A stretch of DNA of 64,000 nt from Spirulina sp. (GCA_044070495.1 JBIPSI010000001.1:32001-96000), one strand, 5' to 3'. Shown: positions 48,909 through 59,568, counted from the stretch's first letter. Numbers and translations are program-made. Notes: generated by a model from the letters alone, not told the origin.

Positions 48909-50162
48909 CTAGGCGGGACGCAGGATGGTAGACACATAGCGTAGGGGGGTAAGGTATTGGCCGACAATCTGGCGAAGGTTGGCTTCGTCATAGCTTTGTA
49001 CCGTGGGCACGTAGGTGAGGCAGCGGTCGGCGGCGGCGATGGTGCCGTAGTAGCCGTAGAGTCCGGCGATTTGGCCGGGAGCCTCGGTGGAAAAGGCATA
49101 GTCGTTGCAGAGCAGGCGCTTAGCCCTGGCCAGCTCGGCATCGGGAATGGGCTGGTTGGCCAATTCGCTGAGGCGGTCGCAGATGATCGCCTCCACCCGG
49201 TCAACGTGATCGGCCTCTAGCCAGACCTGGATGGTAAACAGGCTGCAATCCCGCTGGAGGGAGAAGCTGGCCGCCACATCCTGCACCAGTTGGCGTTCCT
49301 CTCGCAGTTCTCGCACTAGCCGTGAACTGCGCCCCTGGGCCAGCAGAGCCGAGATCAGGTCTAGGCCGAAGGCGGTGGGCAGGTCTTCAATGCCGGGGCC
49401 AAGCCAGGCCATAGACAGGCGAGCCTGTTCTAGACGGGGTAACGTCAGGATATCGCGGTGAACGCCGTGCAGTTGGGGCAGGGGGACGGTGGTGACAGGG
49501 GGGCAGGGGGGCGGGCTGGGGAAGGCTCGAAAGGCATGGCGAACCATGTCCACCGTGGGTTCTAGGGGCATGCCCCCGGTAATCACCACGGTCATGTTGT
49601 GGGGCTGGTAGTGGGCCTGGTGAAAACAGCGCATTTCCTCGGGGGATCGGCGCTGCAAAATGTCGGCGGTGCCCAGCACGGGCCGTCCGTAGGGATGCCC
49701 CTGGTAGACCTGTTCTGCCATGGCCTGAAACCCTAGCCAGTCGGGATCGTCCTGGGCTTGGCGAATTTCCTCTAGCACCACCTGCCGTTCGCGCACAAAC
49801 TCGTCGGCGGGGATGGCCGCATGGAGCAACAACTCCGCCAGGTAGGGCAGGGTGGCGGGCAGCATGTCGGCGGCAATGGTGATGAAAAAATGGGCGTAGT
49901 CGTGGCTGGTGGCGGCGTTGGTCATACCGCCCTGGTTTTCGATGGTGTAGTCGAATACACCGGGGGGCAGGTGATCGGTGCCCTTAAAAATCATGTGCTC
50001 TAGGAAATGGGCCATGCCCGACCATTCCGCAGGCTCCACCAACGCCCCGGCCTTCACCCACACATCCGCCACCACCACTGGCGTTGCCGCAATCTCTTGG
50101 TGAATGAGCGTTAACCCGTTCTCTAACTGAATGACGCTAGCGGGAAAATCAACCAATTTCAA
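48909..50162 (-). CDS. M16 zinc peptidase, catalytic subunit
   Basis: AHFLEHMIFKGT, NAATS.D. Confidence 0.92.
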   Translation of the reverse strand: MKLVDFPASVIQLENGLTLIHQEIAATPVVVADVWVKAGALVEPAEWSGMAHFLEHMIFKGTDHLPPGVFDYTIENQGGMTNAATSHDYAHFFITIAADMLPATLPYLAELLLHAAIPADEFVRERQVVLEEIRQAQDDPDWLGFQAMAEQVYQGHPYGRPVLGTADILQRRSPEEMRCFHQAHYQPHNMTVVITGGMPLEPTVDMVRHAFRAFPSPPPCPPVTTVPLPQLHGVHRDILTLPRLEQARLSMAWLGPGIEDLPTAFGLDLISALLAQGRSSRLVRELREERQLVQDVAASFSLQRDCSLFTIQVWLEADHVDRVEAIICDRLSELANQPIPDAELARAKRLLCNDYAFSTEAPGQIAGLYGYYGTIAAADRCLTYVPTVQSYDEANLRQIVGQYLTPLRYVSTILRPA

Positions 50163-50510
50163 CGAGCCAACCCTTTCATGACGAATTCAACCTGGAGCGT
50201 AGCCCTAGCCCCTTTCCATGATTTTTTCCAGGGGTCGGTGATGAAGCGAGAACGTAGTAGCCTAGCGGTGCGCTGACTCGAAAAGGCTATGACGTGGAAA
50301 GGTGTCTAGGGCAATAGACCGTGGTTTGCTGCTCATTTTAGCGCCTATTTCGATCCTAAAAGCCCTGTAGCCCTTCTCAAGCCGTGGCAAACAGGGCAAT
50401 CTGCATAAAAACTTCACACTGGCCTCCCTAGGAATGTACTGACCTGCCTGGGGGGGGCCGTAGATAGAACCAGGGAAGTCTCTGCCCCCTTGGCCAACCC
50501 GTAAGGAGTC

Positions 50511-51995
50511 TTGATGATGATGCGTGTTTGGGTGCTTGCCTCCTGTGGCGGTTTGCTGGCCCTGTCGGCCTGTAGTGCAGAGCCGACCACCACCGCCCAG
50601 CCTAGTCCTCTCGATCCGTCCGATGATGACCTCCAGGCGGCAGATCGCCCCTCTGTGCTGGATCACACCCCCGGAACGACGATCACCGAGCGCGACCTGA
50701 TTCGTCCCGAACTGCGCCCCAGCCGATCCCAGCGGGCCCCCATCCCCAGTGCGGCGAGGAGTCAGCGAACCACCCTCAGCCCAGAACAACTGCGGGATCG
50801 GGTGGAGCGGATCCGCGCCCAGCAAATTCAGCGTAGCCCTACCCCTGGTCGCGCCCCTGGCATGGCCCAGACCCGCCCCCCGGCCCAAGCTAGCCAAGCG
50901 GATGGGGCCGATGTTGCTCTACGCCCCGGCATGGTGCCCACCGCCACCCTGACCATCACGCCCCTGACGCCGCCGCCTCGACCGACGCTGTCCCCAGTGG
51001 CCCCCAGCCCATCGGTGGCCAGCGATTCTATTAAGCCGTCTGCGGCTACATCGGTGGCCCCAACCAATCTGGACCATGAAGTAGCTGTCTTCCTGGGCGA
51101 GGCGTCTACCCAGGCGGCGGATCTGGGCGTTCCAGAACCTGCGACCTTAGCCCGGAACTTTCCCCTGCGTTCCACCGCCCACCAGAGCGATGGTGCCCGT
51201 CACCGCCAAGATTCCGTAGTCATTTCGGTAGCCCAACCCTCAGATTTGACGGATGTTGCCCAACGGGAGATCCCTGGCAGGGGGGCAGGCTGGGAGACAT
51301 CCACCGCCCACCATAGCCCTTGGATGACCGCTGACCAAGTCGCGTCCCAGGTTGATTCCCAGCCCCTCTTTGCCCAAGCTGAAGCCCAGCCTAGGGCGAC
51401 GACCGATGCCACGCACTCAGTCCTAGAACCTGAGAGTACCGCTCTCCCCCAGTCTGAGATCCCAGCAACCGAAGTGACTGAGTCCCTAGAAACCGAAGGC
51501 GCTGAGTTCCAATCAACCGAAGGGGCTGAGTCCCTAGAAACCGAAGGCGCTGAGTTCTCACAGGCTGAGAGAGTTATCCCTAGCCCGGTGGTGCTCCCTT
51601 CGTCAGAGCTGTCAGCGGATCCTAGCCTAAGCGCCCCTGGCCCTGGCCTAAGCGCTCCGGTGGACGGGGCCGAGTCGCCCCACTGGTCGGCCCTAGGGCC
51701 TGAGGTGTCGGTCTCGGCGGTGCCCATGGCCCTGGATGGCCCACGGTTTGCTGATTCCAACGCCCATCAGCGCTCAGAGAGTGCGGCCCCAACGACGGCG
51801 TCTGTGATGGCGGAATCTGCTGCGGAATGGTCGTCCTCAGGATCGATCTCCCACTGCGCTCGTCCGCCCCTGACTAAGCCCCTACCGTCAGACACCCTTG
51901 CAGACTCGGCCATCCTAGAGGCCAAGGGCATTCCAGGGGAGATGGCGGCTGAGGAGATCGCGGCTGAGGAGATCGCGGTGGTCGATTGCCCCTGA
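50511..51995 (+). CDS. Hypothetical low-complexity lipoprotein
   Basis: Lipobox LSAC; P/S/T/E-rich; duplicated ESLETEGAEF. Confidence 0.65.
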   Translation: MMMMRVWVLASCGGLLALSACSAEPTTTAQPSPLDPSDDDLQAADRPSVLDHTPGTTITERDLIRPELRPSRSQRAPIPSAARSQRTTLSPEQLRDRVERIRAQQIQRSPTPGRAPGMAQTRPPAQASQADGADVALRPGMVPTATLTITPLTPPPRPTLSPVAPSPSVASDSIKPSAATSVAPTNLDHEVAVFLGEASTQAADLGVPEPATLARNFPLRSTAHQSDGARHRQDSVVISVAQPSDLTDVAQREIPGRGAGWETSTAHHSPWMTADQVASQVDSQPLFAQAEAQPRATTDATHSVLEPESTALPQSEIPATEVTESLETEGAEFQSTEGAESLETEGAEFSQAERVIPSPVVLPSSELSADPSLSAPGPGLSAPVDGAESPHWSALGPEVSVSAVPMALDGPRFADSNAHQRSESAAPTTASVMAESAAEWSSSGSISHCARPPLTKPLPSDTLADSAILEAKGIPGEMAAEEIAAEEIAVVDCP

Positions 51996-52081
51996 TTCCA
52001 GTGGCCCTGATTCAAGGTCGCCCTGATTCAAGATAGATTGACCGTAGCTAAACGTTAAGGAAACAAGCGTCGCCGCTTGCC

Positions 52082-52918
52082 TCAGGAGGTGAGGCGACTT
52101 CGCAGCCAGCGTATCCCTTGCCCATAGCGGGTGGCCATCCAATCAAAGCTACGCCAGCCGTACAGAATACCCAGCACCAGGATCACCCCATGGCCGAGGT
52201 GAAAGCCCCACAGCACCCAATCACAATGACGGATGATGGCCGAACCGAGGAATGCCCCGATTCTTTGATCGATCCCGTGGCACAGCAGCGGTAGGGTATC
52301 GCTTTCCCTGGCCCAAAGAATGAGTACATTGCCCCCGCTGACCAGTTGTAGCCCGATGCCCAGGGGAACAACCGCCAAAAAGGCCCCCAGGGGGAGCAAA
52401 ATCAGGCCATTCATGCCGACAAAGTAGGCCAAATGCAGGGCCAGCAACCAGCCCAGGTTGGCCGGAGTGCGGGCCACCTGGGAGGCTGTGCCCCATTCCC
52501 ATAGGCTAAAGACTAGGGTGGGCAGCACCACCACCACCCAGGGCCAAAACAGCCAGGGCTGGCCCATTAGGATGGGTAACTGGACGCTCAGGATCAGCAG
52601 CGGAAAGCCGATCCCCAGCCCTGCCATGAGGCCAAACCCTAGACCCCACAGGGTTAGACAGACCTTGACCATTGCCTGAGGCGTAGCCCGTGGCCCCAGG
52701 GTGATCAACCGAATCGCAACGGCCACCGTGCTGAGTAGGCCCAGACCCACTACCATCCCCAGGGCACCCCAGCCGTCATGCCGCTGCTGCCATCGGTACA
52801 CCTGAATTCCCAGCCCCAACAGCCCTAGAGCCAAGACCAGGTTCAGACCCATTAGCCCGATCCAGGCACCCCATTGGGGTTTTGGGTTTGGTGGAGGCGA
52901 ATCCTGCCGTTGTGCCAT
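52082..52918 (-). CDS. Hypothetical multi-pass membrane protein
   Basis: 278 aa, about 7 hydrophobic segments. Confidence 0.7.
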   Translation of the reverse strand: MAQRQDSPPPNPKPQWGAWIGLMGLNLVLALGLLGLGIQVYRWQQRHDGWGALGMVVGLGLLSTVAVAIRLITLGPRATPQAMVKVCLTLWGLGFGLMAGLGIGFPLLILSVQLPILMGQPWLFWPWVVVVLPTLVFSLWEWGTASQVARTPANLGWLLALHLAYFVGMNGLILLPLGAFLAVVPLGIGLQLVSGGNVLILWARESDTLPLLCHGIDQRIGAFLGSAIIRHCDWVLWGFHLGHGVILVLGILYGWRSFDWMATRYGQGIRWLRSRLTS

Positions 52919-53006
52919 CGTTTTCTGGTTTTCGTTGCCGCCAGCGGTCTTTTTGCAGCGAGTAGCGTGGGGAGGACGGTTGGCCCCATCGGTCTAGGCT
53001 AGGCCC

Positions 53007-54791
53007 CTAGGACGGGCTGGCGGCGACCAACGGGGGGCCGAGGTTCTCTTCCGTGGGGATAGACGCTTCGGTGGAGGCTTGTCCTGGGGCAGAGGACTGG
53101 GATGGGGGAAGCTCGCATTGTCCGGCCTCCAGCATCAGGGCCTCCAGCATCAGGCCATACTCCAGCCCTTCGGTGACGGCCTGGTAGGAGGCTTCGATGA
53201 TGTTGGTGGATACGCCTAGGGTAGTCCAGCGCTGCTGGCCGTTGCTGGATTCCACCAGCACGCGGGTTTTGGCCTCGGTGCCTGCGCCGCTATCGATAAT
53301 CCGCACCTTGTAGTCCGACAGGTGGAACTGGGCGATGGCGGGGTAGAAGTTCAGCAGGGCTTTTCGTAGGGCGGCATCGAGGGCGGCGACGGGGCCATTG
53401 CCTTCGGCGGCGGTGAGGATGTCTTGGCCATTCACGGCGACTTTGATGGTGGCCATGGCTTGGCTGCTGTGGTCGGCCCCGTTGCCCTGGAGCTGGCAGT
53501 TGATGTAAAAGCCCCTGAGGTCGAAAAAGTGGGGGCGATCCCCTAGGGCTTCCCGCATCAGTAGCTCAAAGCTGGCCTCGGCGGCCTCGAACTGGTAGCC
53601 CTCGTGCTCTAGGGTCTTGAGGCGGGTCAGCAGTTGCCGCGAGGCGGGATCCTGGCGATCTAGGTTCAACCCAAAATTGCGAGCTTTGACCAGGACGTTG
53701 CTCAACCCCGATTGATCCGACACCACAATGCGGCGGCGGTTGCCTACGGTGGCCGGGTCGATGTGTTCGTAGGTTTTGGGTTCCTTCTCCACGGCGCTGA
53801 CGTGGATGCCGCCCTTGTGGGCAAAGGCAGATCGCCCGACGTAGGGGGCGTGGTCGTCGGGGGCCAGGTTTACCACTTCGCTGACAAAGCGGCTGGTTTC
53901 CGCCAGGGTTTCTAGCCTAGCCGGGGCAATGCAGGGGTAGCCCAACTTGATCTGTAGGTTGGGAATCAGCGTACAGAGATCGGCATTGCCGCAGCGTTCC
54001 CCATAGCCATTGATCGTACCCTGTACCATGGTGGCTCCGGCTTCCACCGCCGCCATGGCATTGGCCACCGCCACCCCGCCATCGTTGTGGGTGTGGATGC
54101 CGATCTGGGGCCGAGGCTCTGGGAAATCCTGGAGCCAAGCCTTCACCGTCGCTACAATCTGTCCCACCTCCCTAGGCAGGGTGCCGCCGTTGGTGTCGCA
54201 CAGCACCAGCCATTCCGCCCCGGCGTTGACCGCAGATGCTAAGGTTTGCAAGGCGTAGTCGGGGTTGGCCTGGTAGCCGTCGAACCAGTGTTCGGCGTCG
54301 TAGATTACCCGTCGCCCCTGGCTGCGGAAGTAGCGGATGGTGTCGTCAATCATGGCTAGGTTTTCGGCCAGGGTGGTTTTCAGCCCCACGGTGACATGCA
54401 AATCCCAGGACTTGCCAAACAGCGTGATCCACGTTGTCCCCGCCGCCAACACAGGCAGAAGTAGGGTGTCTTCCGCCGCCACCTTCCCCGGTCGGCGGGT
54501 GGAGCAAAAGGCCGTCACCTGGGCCTGGGTAAGGGGGTTGTCCTGGATCTGCGCGAAAAATTGCCCATCCTTGGGGTTAGCACCCGGCCAGCCGCCCTCA
54601 ATAAACGGCACCCCTAGGGCATCCAATTTGCGGGCAATGCGCAGCTTGTCTTCGGTGGAAAGGGCCAACCCCTCCCGCTGGGCACCGTCCCGCAGGGTTG
54701 TGTCGTAGATGGCAATAGCGGCCTGGCCCTGGCCGATCCCGCCGTTATTGGTAACCTGGTTATCTTGAAACTCGTCGTTGTGTTGCACCAT
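53007..54791 (-). CDS. cimA: Citramalate synthase
   Basis: YDTTLRDGAQREG, GWPGANPKD, DAEHWFDG, HTHND, AHKGGIH; start uncertain. Confidence 0.92.
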   Translation of the reverse strand: MVQHNDEFQDNQVTNNGGIGQGQAAIAIYDTTLRDGAQREGLALSTEDKLRIARKLDALGVPFIEGGWPGANPKDGQFFAQIQDNPLTQAQVTAFCSTRRPGKVAAEDTLLLPVLAAGTTWITLFGKSWDLHVTVGLKTTLAENLAMIDDTIRYFRSQGRRVIYDAEHWFDGYQANPDYALQTLASAVNAGAEWLVLCDTNGGTLPREVGQIVATVKAWLQDFPEPRPQIGIHTHNDGGVAVANAMAAVEAGATMVQGTINGYGERCGNADLCTLIPNLQIKLGYPCIAPARLETLAETSRFVSEVVNLAPDDHAPYVGRSAFAHKGGIHVSAVEKEPKTYEHIDPATVGNRRRIVVSDQSGLSNVLVKARNFGLNLDRQDPASRQLLTRLKTLEHEGYQFEAAEASFELLMREALGDRPHFFDLRGFYINCQLQGNGADHSSQAMATIKVAVNGQDILTAAEGNGPVAALDAALRKALLNFYPAIAQFHLSDYKVRIIDSGAGTEAKTRVLVESSNGQQRWTTLGVSTNIIEASYQAVTEGLEYGLMLEALMLEAGQCELPPSQSSAPGQASTEASIPTEENLGPPLVAASPS

Positions 54792-54810
54792 CGCGCTATT
54801 CCCCGCCACC

Positions 54811-54833
54811 GTAGGGTGGGCACCGCCCACCAT
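54811..54833. repeat. GTAG-type REP-like repeat
   Basis: GTAGGGTGGGCACCGCCCACCAT. Confidence 0.7.
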
Positions 54834-54978
54834 TGCCATCCTCAGCTTAGCTAGCCTACCCCAGTCCCTTGAGTTCCTAGGGGCTGTGCGTTATAAAACG
54901 TAGATTTTTGGGCAGCTTTTGGTCTAGCCCCGTTCCCATCGGCCACCCATAATGGGAACCGTTCCCTGCGATGCGGCC

Positions 54979-55893
54979 ATGAAAGATAATTCCCAAAATC
55001 AAATGAAGCTCTCGCAGTTGCGGGTTTTGGTGGCGGTGGCCGATCACAGCACCTTCAGTGAAGCCGCTCTCCACCTCGATATGTCTCAATCGGCGGTGAG
55101 CCACAGCATTGCCGCCTTTGAGGACTACTTGGGCGTGGTGCTGGTGTCGCGGGGCCGCCATGGAGCTAGGCTAACCCCGGTGGGAGATCGCATTGTCCAC
55201 CATGCGCGTCAAATGCTGGCCGAGGCCGAGGCCATTGTGGAGGCAGCGGAGGAAATTAAGGGACTCAAGGGGGGGCAGGTGCGGGTAGCCTCCTTTCGCA
55301 GCGTGGCCATTCACCTGCTGCCCGATGCCATTGCCCAGTTCAACCATCGCTATCCCGGCATCGCCGTCAACCTCAGTGAGCACGATGACTATCGCCAGGT
55401 GGAAAAGGCGCTGCGGGAGGGCCGCGCCGACATTGGCCTGACGGTGCTGCCCGCCGCCGAGGATTTGGATACCTGGATAATTCTAGAAAATGAGTATGTT
55501 GCCCTAATGCCGCCCCAATTTAAACCAGCGGCAGACCACATCACCTGGGCCGAACTAGCCCAACAACCCATGATTATGCCCCCGGTGGATCGGGTGATGA
55601 TGCGGGATGTCTACGCCCATATCCAGGCCCATGGCCACCCCCTCAACGTGGTGTCTGAGGTAGAGACGGACACCACCATTGTCAACCTGGTCGCCCAGGG
55701 TATGGGGGCCACCATTTTGCCCCGCCTCGCCGCCGAGCCGATCCCGTCCAAGGTGCAGGTGTTTTCGCTACCCAAGCCCCTGTCCCGGGTGATTGGGGCG
55801 GCAGTCTTGGCGGACGGACTGCATACCCCCGCCATCTACGGATTTTTAGATGTCCTCAAAACCCTGATCCAGGCGACGCCCACCCCATCTTGA
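54979..55893 (+). CDS. LysR family transcriptional regulator
   Basis: FSEAALHLDMSQSAVSHSI...LTPVG HTH plus substrate-binding domain. Confidence 0.93.
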   Translation: MKDNSQNQMKLSQLRVLVAVADHSTFSEAALHLDMSQSAVSHSIAAFEDYLGVVLVSRGRHGARLTPVGDRIVHHARQMLAEAEAIVEAAEEIKGLKGGQVRVASFRSVAIHLLPDAIAQFNHRYPGIAVNLSEHDDYRQVEKALREGRADIGLTVLPAAEDLDTWIILENEYVALMPPQFKPAADHITWAELAQQPMIMPPVDRVMMRDVYAHIQAHGHPLNVVSEVETDTTIVNLVAQGMGATILPRLAAEPIPSKVQVFSLPKPLSRVIGAAVLADGLHTPAIYGFLDVLKTLIQATPTPS

Positions 55894-56114
55894 TGCCGTG
55901 TGTCCCCATCAAGACACCCTATTCAGAACCTCGCATTGCAGACCGTCGCGCCATCCCCCGATCCATCTGCCGACCATCGCCCAAACCCTGAAGTTTTCCT
56001 AAGCGCAGGCCTTCTCACCAGGCTTTGCCCGTAAGTTGGAAAAGAGATCGCCAGATTGAAGGTAGCTGTAGCCAGCTTAATTAATGGCATCCACATTGTT
56101 TCAAACCGATAGCC

Positions 56115-56444
56115 ATGGATCAGGTGTTACAGGGATTTTTTGTTGCGCTGGTGCAACTCATCCATTGGATTCGTCCCTTTTTAGTGCCCCTGTGTTTTGT
56201 GATCGCCTGGGGGCTGGTGGCGATGACGGTGTGGCAACTGATTGCCGTGACTCGCGACGGGATGCAGCGAGCTAGGCGGATGCACCAAATTCCCTGTGCC
56301 GACTGTCGTTATTTCACCAACAGTCCTTTTCTGAAGTGCCCTCTCCACCCCCAAACGGCTCTCTCGGAGGCGGCTATCGGCTGCGACGACTACGAAACTA
56401 ACGACCCCATGGCCCAGGGCTTTACGTCCCCCAGTCAGGACTAA
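56115..56444 (+). CDS. Conserved cyanobacterial membrane protein with Cys cluster
   Basis: TM segment then HQIPCADCRYFT...KCPLHP...GCDDY. Confidence 0.8.
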   Translation: MDQVLQGFFVALVQLIHWIRPFLVPLCFVIAWGLVAMTVWQLIAVTRDGMQRARRMHQIPCADCRYFTNSPFLKCPLHPQTALSEAAIGCDDYETNDPMAQGFTSPSQD

Positions 56445-56488
56445 TGGCCCTGGCTGACTGACACAATGTCGAAAAGCCCTCATCTCTC

Positions 56489-56573
56489 GTAGGTTGGGTG
56501 GCGCGATAACAGAACCCAACAAGCCCAAAGTCCTCGGCGAGTGTTGGGTTACGCTTCGCTGAACCCAACCTAC
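56489..56573. repeat. Inverted REP doublet
   Basis: GTAGGTTGGG...AACCCAAC ... GTTGGGTT...AACCCAACCTAC. Confidence 0.7.
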
Positions 56574-56607
56574 TTTGGAGATGTGTTAGGCCATCAGCTA
56601 GTAGTCT

Positions 56608-57108
56608 CTAATCCGTGGGTAAGTCTGCATCGGGGAGGGTAAGGTAGATCAGCACGAAGCCTACGCAGCCAATGAACTTAAAGGCGGCGGGTTGGCCATT
56701 CCAATCGACAGATTGCCACATGGCGTACCACTCGCCCCCGATCACCATGAAGCCCACAAACCACAACAAAAAGGCAAGGGTTAGCCCATAGGTGGCGGTG
56801 TTCTTGGCACGGTTAAAGGCGTCGCCCGGTGACTGGAGAGCCTGTAGTAGCTGCCCCGCCCCCACCAGGCAAAGTAGGGCAATGGTGGCCTCGGTGGCAA
56901 TGATGAGGAGGTAGGCGGCGTGCTGCAAGGCCGGGGTGCGAATGGCCCGCCAGGTGAGGGTGCTGTCGGGGAAAATGGTGTCCATCGACAGCACATGGTA
57001 CACGTACTGGAAATTGGTGTTGTAGTCCGTGGTGTTGTTGAGCACGATAATGGAGGCCAACAACCCAACGGCGGCCACCAGGGCAATTTTTGAAAGCCGC
57101 ACAGCCAT
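56608..57108 (-). CDS. DUF2165 membrane protein
   Basis: NNTTDYNTN..YV.HVLSMDT.FP, GGEWYAMWQS..WNG. Confidence 0.88.
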   Translation of the reverse strand: MAVRLSKIALVAAVGLLASIIVLNNTTDYNTNFQYVYHVLSMDTIFPDSTLTWRAIRTPALQHAAYLLIIATEATIALLCLVGAGQLLQALQSPGDAFNRAKNTATYGLTLAFLLWFVGFMVIGGEWYAMWQSVDWNGQPAAFKFIGCVGFVLIYLTLPDADLPTD

Positions 57109-57135
57109 AGATTCCCTCCTTTTGATCTACGAATC

Positions 57136-57948
57136 CTATGCAGTGGCGAGGATGGTGCGGTGGTTGATATCAAACTGATCGCCGTGGGAGAGCAAATGCA
57201 CCTTGAGCCCGTGGAGACTGATGGGGTCGGTGGGGGCGATGTCGGGTTCGTTGGTGTGGGTGATGGCATCGGCGTCTACCACCGCGATTACCCCTTTGCC
57301 GATGACGCGAAAACTGCCGTCCCGCTCGAATAGGGCGCAGGTGTCTTCGTCAATGCCGAGGCCCAGGCGGTCGGGCTGCATGGCAATGGCGCTCATCAGG
57401 CGGGCCATGCGGTTGCGGTTGTGGAAGTGCTGATCCACAATCACCTCCGGCACAAACCCTAGGCCAATGGCCATATCCACCAGGGCGCGATTGGGGGATT
57501 CGCCGCTGCCGCCCCCGGCAATCATGTGGTGACCCATCACCGCCGCTCCGGCACTGGTGCCGCCCAGGGTCATTTCCCCCAGTTGGGCGCGTTGCCGAAC
57601 CAGGTCAATCAGCGGTGTATCCGACAGCAGCCCGCACAGGCGCACCTGATCGCCCCCGGTAATAAAGACTCCGGTGCAAGACTCCACCACCGATTTCCAG
57701 GCGGGGTCTTCCCCCTGGCTGCGGTCGCGGATATCCATCACCTCAATGGCGGCGGCTCCCATGTCCCCAAAAATGGTTTGGTAGCGTCCGGCAATGGCAA
57801 CGGGATCCCGCGAGGCGCAAGGGATAATCCCAATGCGGGCCTCGGAGCCTCCGGCTCGCTCAAAAAAACTGTGCAGAATTTCCTTACCGTGGACTTTATC
57901 TTCTGCACCGCCAATGGCCAGAATGGCATGTTGCTTTACAAAGGACAT
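57136..57948 (-). CDS. cphB: Cyanophycinase
   Basis: IGGAEDKVHG, TGGDQ.RL, GTSAGA, DQHFHNRNRMARL, GIDEDT. Confidence 0.95.
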   Translation of the reverse strand: MSFVKQHAILAIGGAEDKVHGKEILHSFFERAGGSEARIGIIPCASRDPVAIAGRYQTIFGDMGAAAIEVMDIRDRSQGEDPAWKSVVESCTGVFITGGDQVRLCGLLSDTPLIDLVRQRAQLGEMTLGGTSAGAAVMGHHMIAGGGSGESPNRALVDMAIGLGFVPEVIVDQHFHNRNRMARLMSAIAMQPDRLGLGIDEDTCALFERDGSFRVIGKGVIAVVDADAITHTNEPDIAPTDPISLHGLKVHLLSHGDQFDINHRTILATA

Positions 57949-58052
57949 GGATACTCAACCAAGGAACTTGAAATTGCCGCCGGAACTCCGGTACTGCATG
58001 ATAGGGAACATTGCTGTTTAGCATCATGCCATTGCACGGGGAGAGTTAGGCG

Positions 58053-58796
58053 ATGACCGATACCATCGACGGGGCACCGCACCTGAGATTCGATGTGGTT
58101 AGCCTGTTTCCAGACTTTTTCACCTCGCCTCTGCAATCAGGATTAATTGGTAAAGCCCTGTCTCGCCAAATCGCAGAAGTTCATCTTACCAATCCCAGAG
58201 ACTTTACAACGGATAAACACCATCGGGTTGATGACGAACCCTACGGCGGCGGTGTGGGCATGGTAATGAAGCCCGACCCCATCTTTGCGGCGGTAGAATC
58301 CCTGCCTCAGTTACCTCGGCGGGAGGTGATCCTGCTGTCGCCCCAGGGGGAAACCATGACCCAGGGCTTGTTTCACCACTTGGCCACCCAGTGCGACCAG
58401 ATTGTCCTGATCTGCGGCCACTACGAAGGGGTAGACGAACGGGTGAGCCACCTGCTGACGCGGGAGGTTTCCCTGGGCGACTTCGTTCTCACCTGCGGCG
58501 AAATTCCGGCCCTGACGCTGATCAACGGCATTGTGCGGCTGCTCCCTGGCACCGTGGGTAAAGTGGATTCTGTGCGCCAAGACAGCTTTCAAACCCCGCT
58601 GCTCGATTATCCCCACTACACCCGTCCAGCGGAGTTCCGGGGCTGGGCGGTGCCTGATGTGCTGCGTTCCGGCAACCACGAAGCCATTGCCCAATGGCGA
58701 CATCAACAGCAAATCGAGCGCACCCAAACCCGTCGCCCCGACCTATACGAACGCTGGCTGCGGGAATCAGACGATCCCCCTAAATCCCCCTTATGA
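58053..58796 (+). CDS. trmD: tRNA (guanine-N1)-methyltransferase
   Basis: VDDEPYGGG.GM, CGHYEGVDER, SLGDFVL, SGNH. Confidence 0.96.
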   Translation: MTDTIDGAPHLRFDVVSLFPDFFTSPLQSGLIGKALSRQIAEVHLTNPRDFTTDKHHRVDDEPYGGGVGMVMKPDPIFAAVESLPQLPRREVILLSPQGETMTQGLFHHLATQCDQIVLICGHYEGVDERVSHLLTREVSLGDFVLTCGEIPALTLINGIVRLLPGTVGKVDSVRQDSFQTPLLDYPHYTRPAEFRGWAVPDVLRSGNHEAIAQWRHQQQIERTQTRRPDLYERWLRESDDPPKSPL

Positions 58797-58936
58797 AGGG
58801 GGACTTGGAAGCTGAACTCGCTGACAAGGACGATCCCCCTAAATCCCCCTTGTGAAGGGGGACTTGGAAGCTGAACTCGCTTAAAAAGGGGAACTTTGCA
58901 GCCAAATCCCCCTTTTTAAGGGGGGCAGGGGGGATC
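58771..58936. repeat. GATCCCCC-type dispersed repeat cluster with about 50-bp duplication
   Basis: ACGATCCCCCTAAATCCCCCTT.TGAAGGGGGACTTGGAAGCTGAACTCGC x2, closing with GGGGGATC. Confidence 0.8.
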
Positions 58937-58938
58937 CC

Positions 58939-59568
58939 CTAGTTCGGTGGGGGAAACATCGCCCGATGTAGCCCCACCGTCCAACCAACGGCCAGCAACC
59001 ATCCTCCCACCACATCGCTGGGATAATGCACCCCCAGGTAGGAACGACTGAGGCCAATCAGCAGCGCCAGGGGAAGGGCGATGGCCACCACCCAACGACG
59101 GTAGGGACTGGCTTGGCTGAGCAGCACCACCGCCAGGGCAAAGGCCATGGAAAAGGTGGCGTGGCCACTGGGAAAGCTAGAGTCGGGAAGCATCTGAACC
59201 CCTTCCCACAACTGGGGTCTAGCCCGTTGCCACACCCCCTTAAGGCCCAGATTGAGCAGCAAAGCCCCCAGCATCGCCAGGACTAAAAAGGCGGATTGTC
59301 GTTGTTGCCCCCGATGCCATAGCCATGCTCCCAGCAGTAGGGTTCCCGGCAATGTGCCCCAGGTGGTGCCCAGGTTGGTGAACCACGACACGAAGCGATC
59401 TAAGTCCGGGGTGGCATAGCGATGAGCCGTCATCAACCAGCCCTGTTCTCCTAGGGTGATGGCTGGGAACTGGGCCACGGTCCAACCCAATCCCAGCAGC
59501 ATTCCTAGGGCTAGCCCCGGCCAGATTAACCTGCGTCCTAGGGCCATCCACTGCTTTTGATCCATCAC
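58939..59568 (-). CDS. PAP2 family phosphatase
   Basis: K....R.RP, SFPSGHA, SR.YLGVHYPSDV. Confidence 0.92.
   Translation of the reverse strand: MMDQKQWMALGRRLIWPGLALGMLLGLGWTVAQFPAITLGEQGWLMTAHRYATPDLDRFVSWFTNLGTTWGTLPGTLLLGAWLWHRGQQRQSAFLVLAMLGALLLNLGLKGVWQRARPQLWEGVQMLPDSSFPSGHATFSMAFALAVVLLSQASPYRRWVVAIALPLALLIGLSRSYLGVHYPSDVVGGWLLAVGWTVGLHRAMFPPPN

Noticed and set aside
47487..50162. Inactive M16 peptidase as a pseudogene or novelty
   Set aside because: Active plus inactive M16B pairs are a well-known heterodimer arrangement
57949..58052. NtcA site for cphB
   Set aside because: No GTA-N8-TAC match seen
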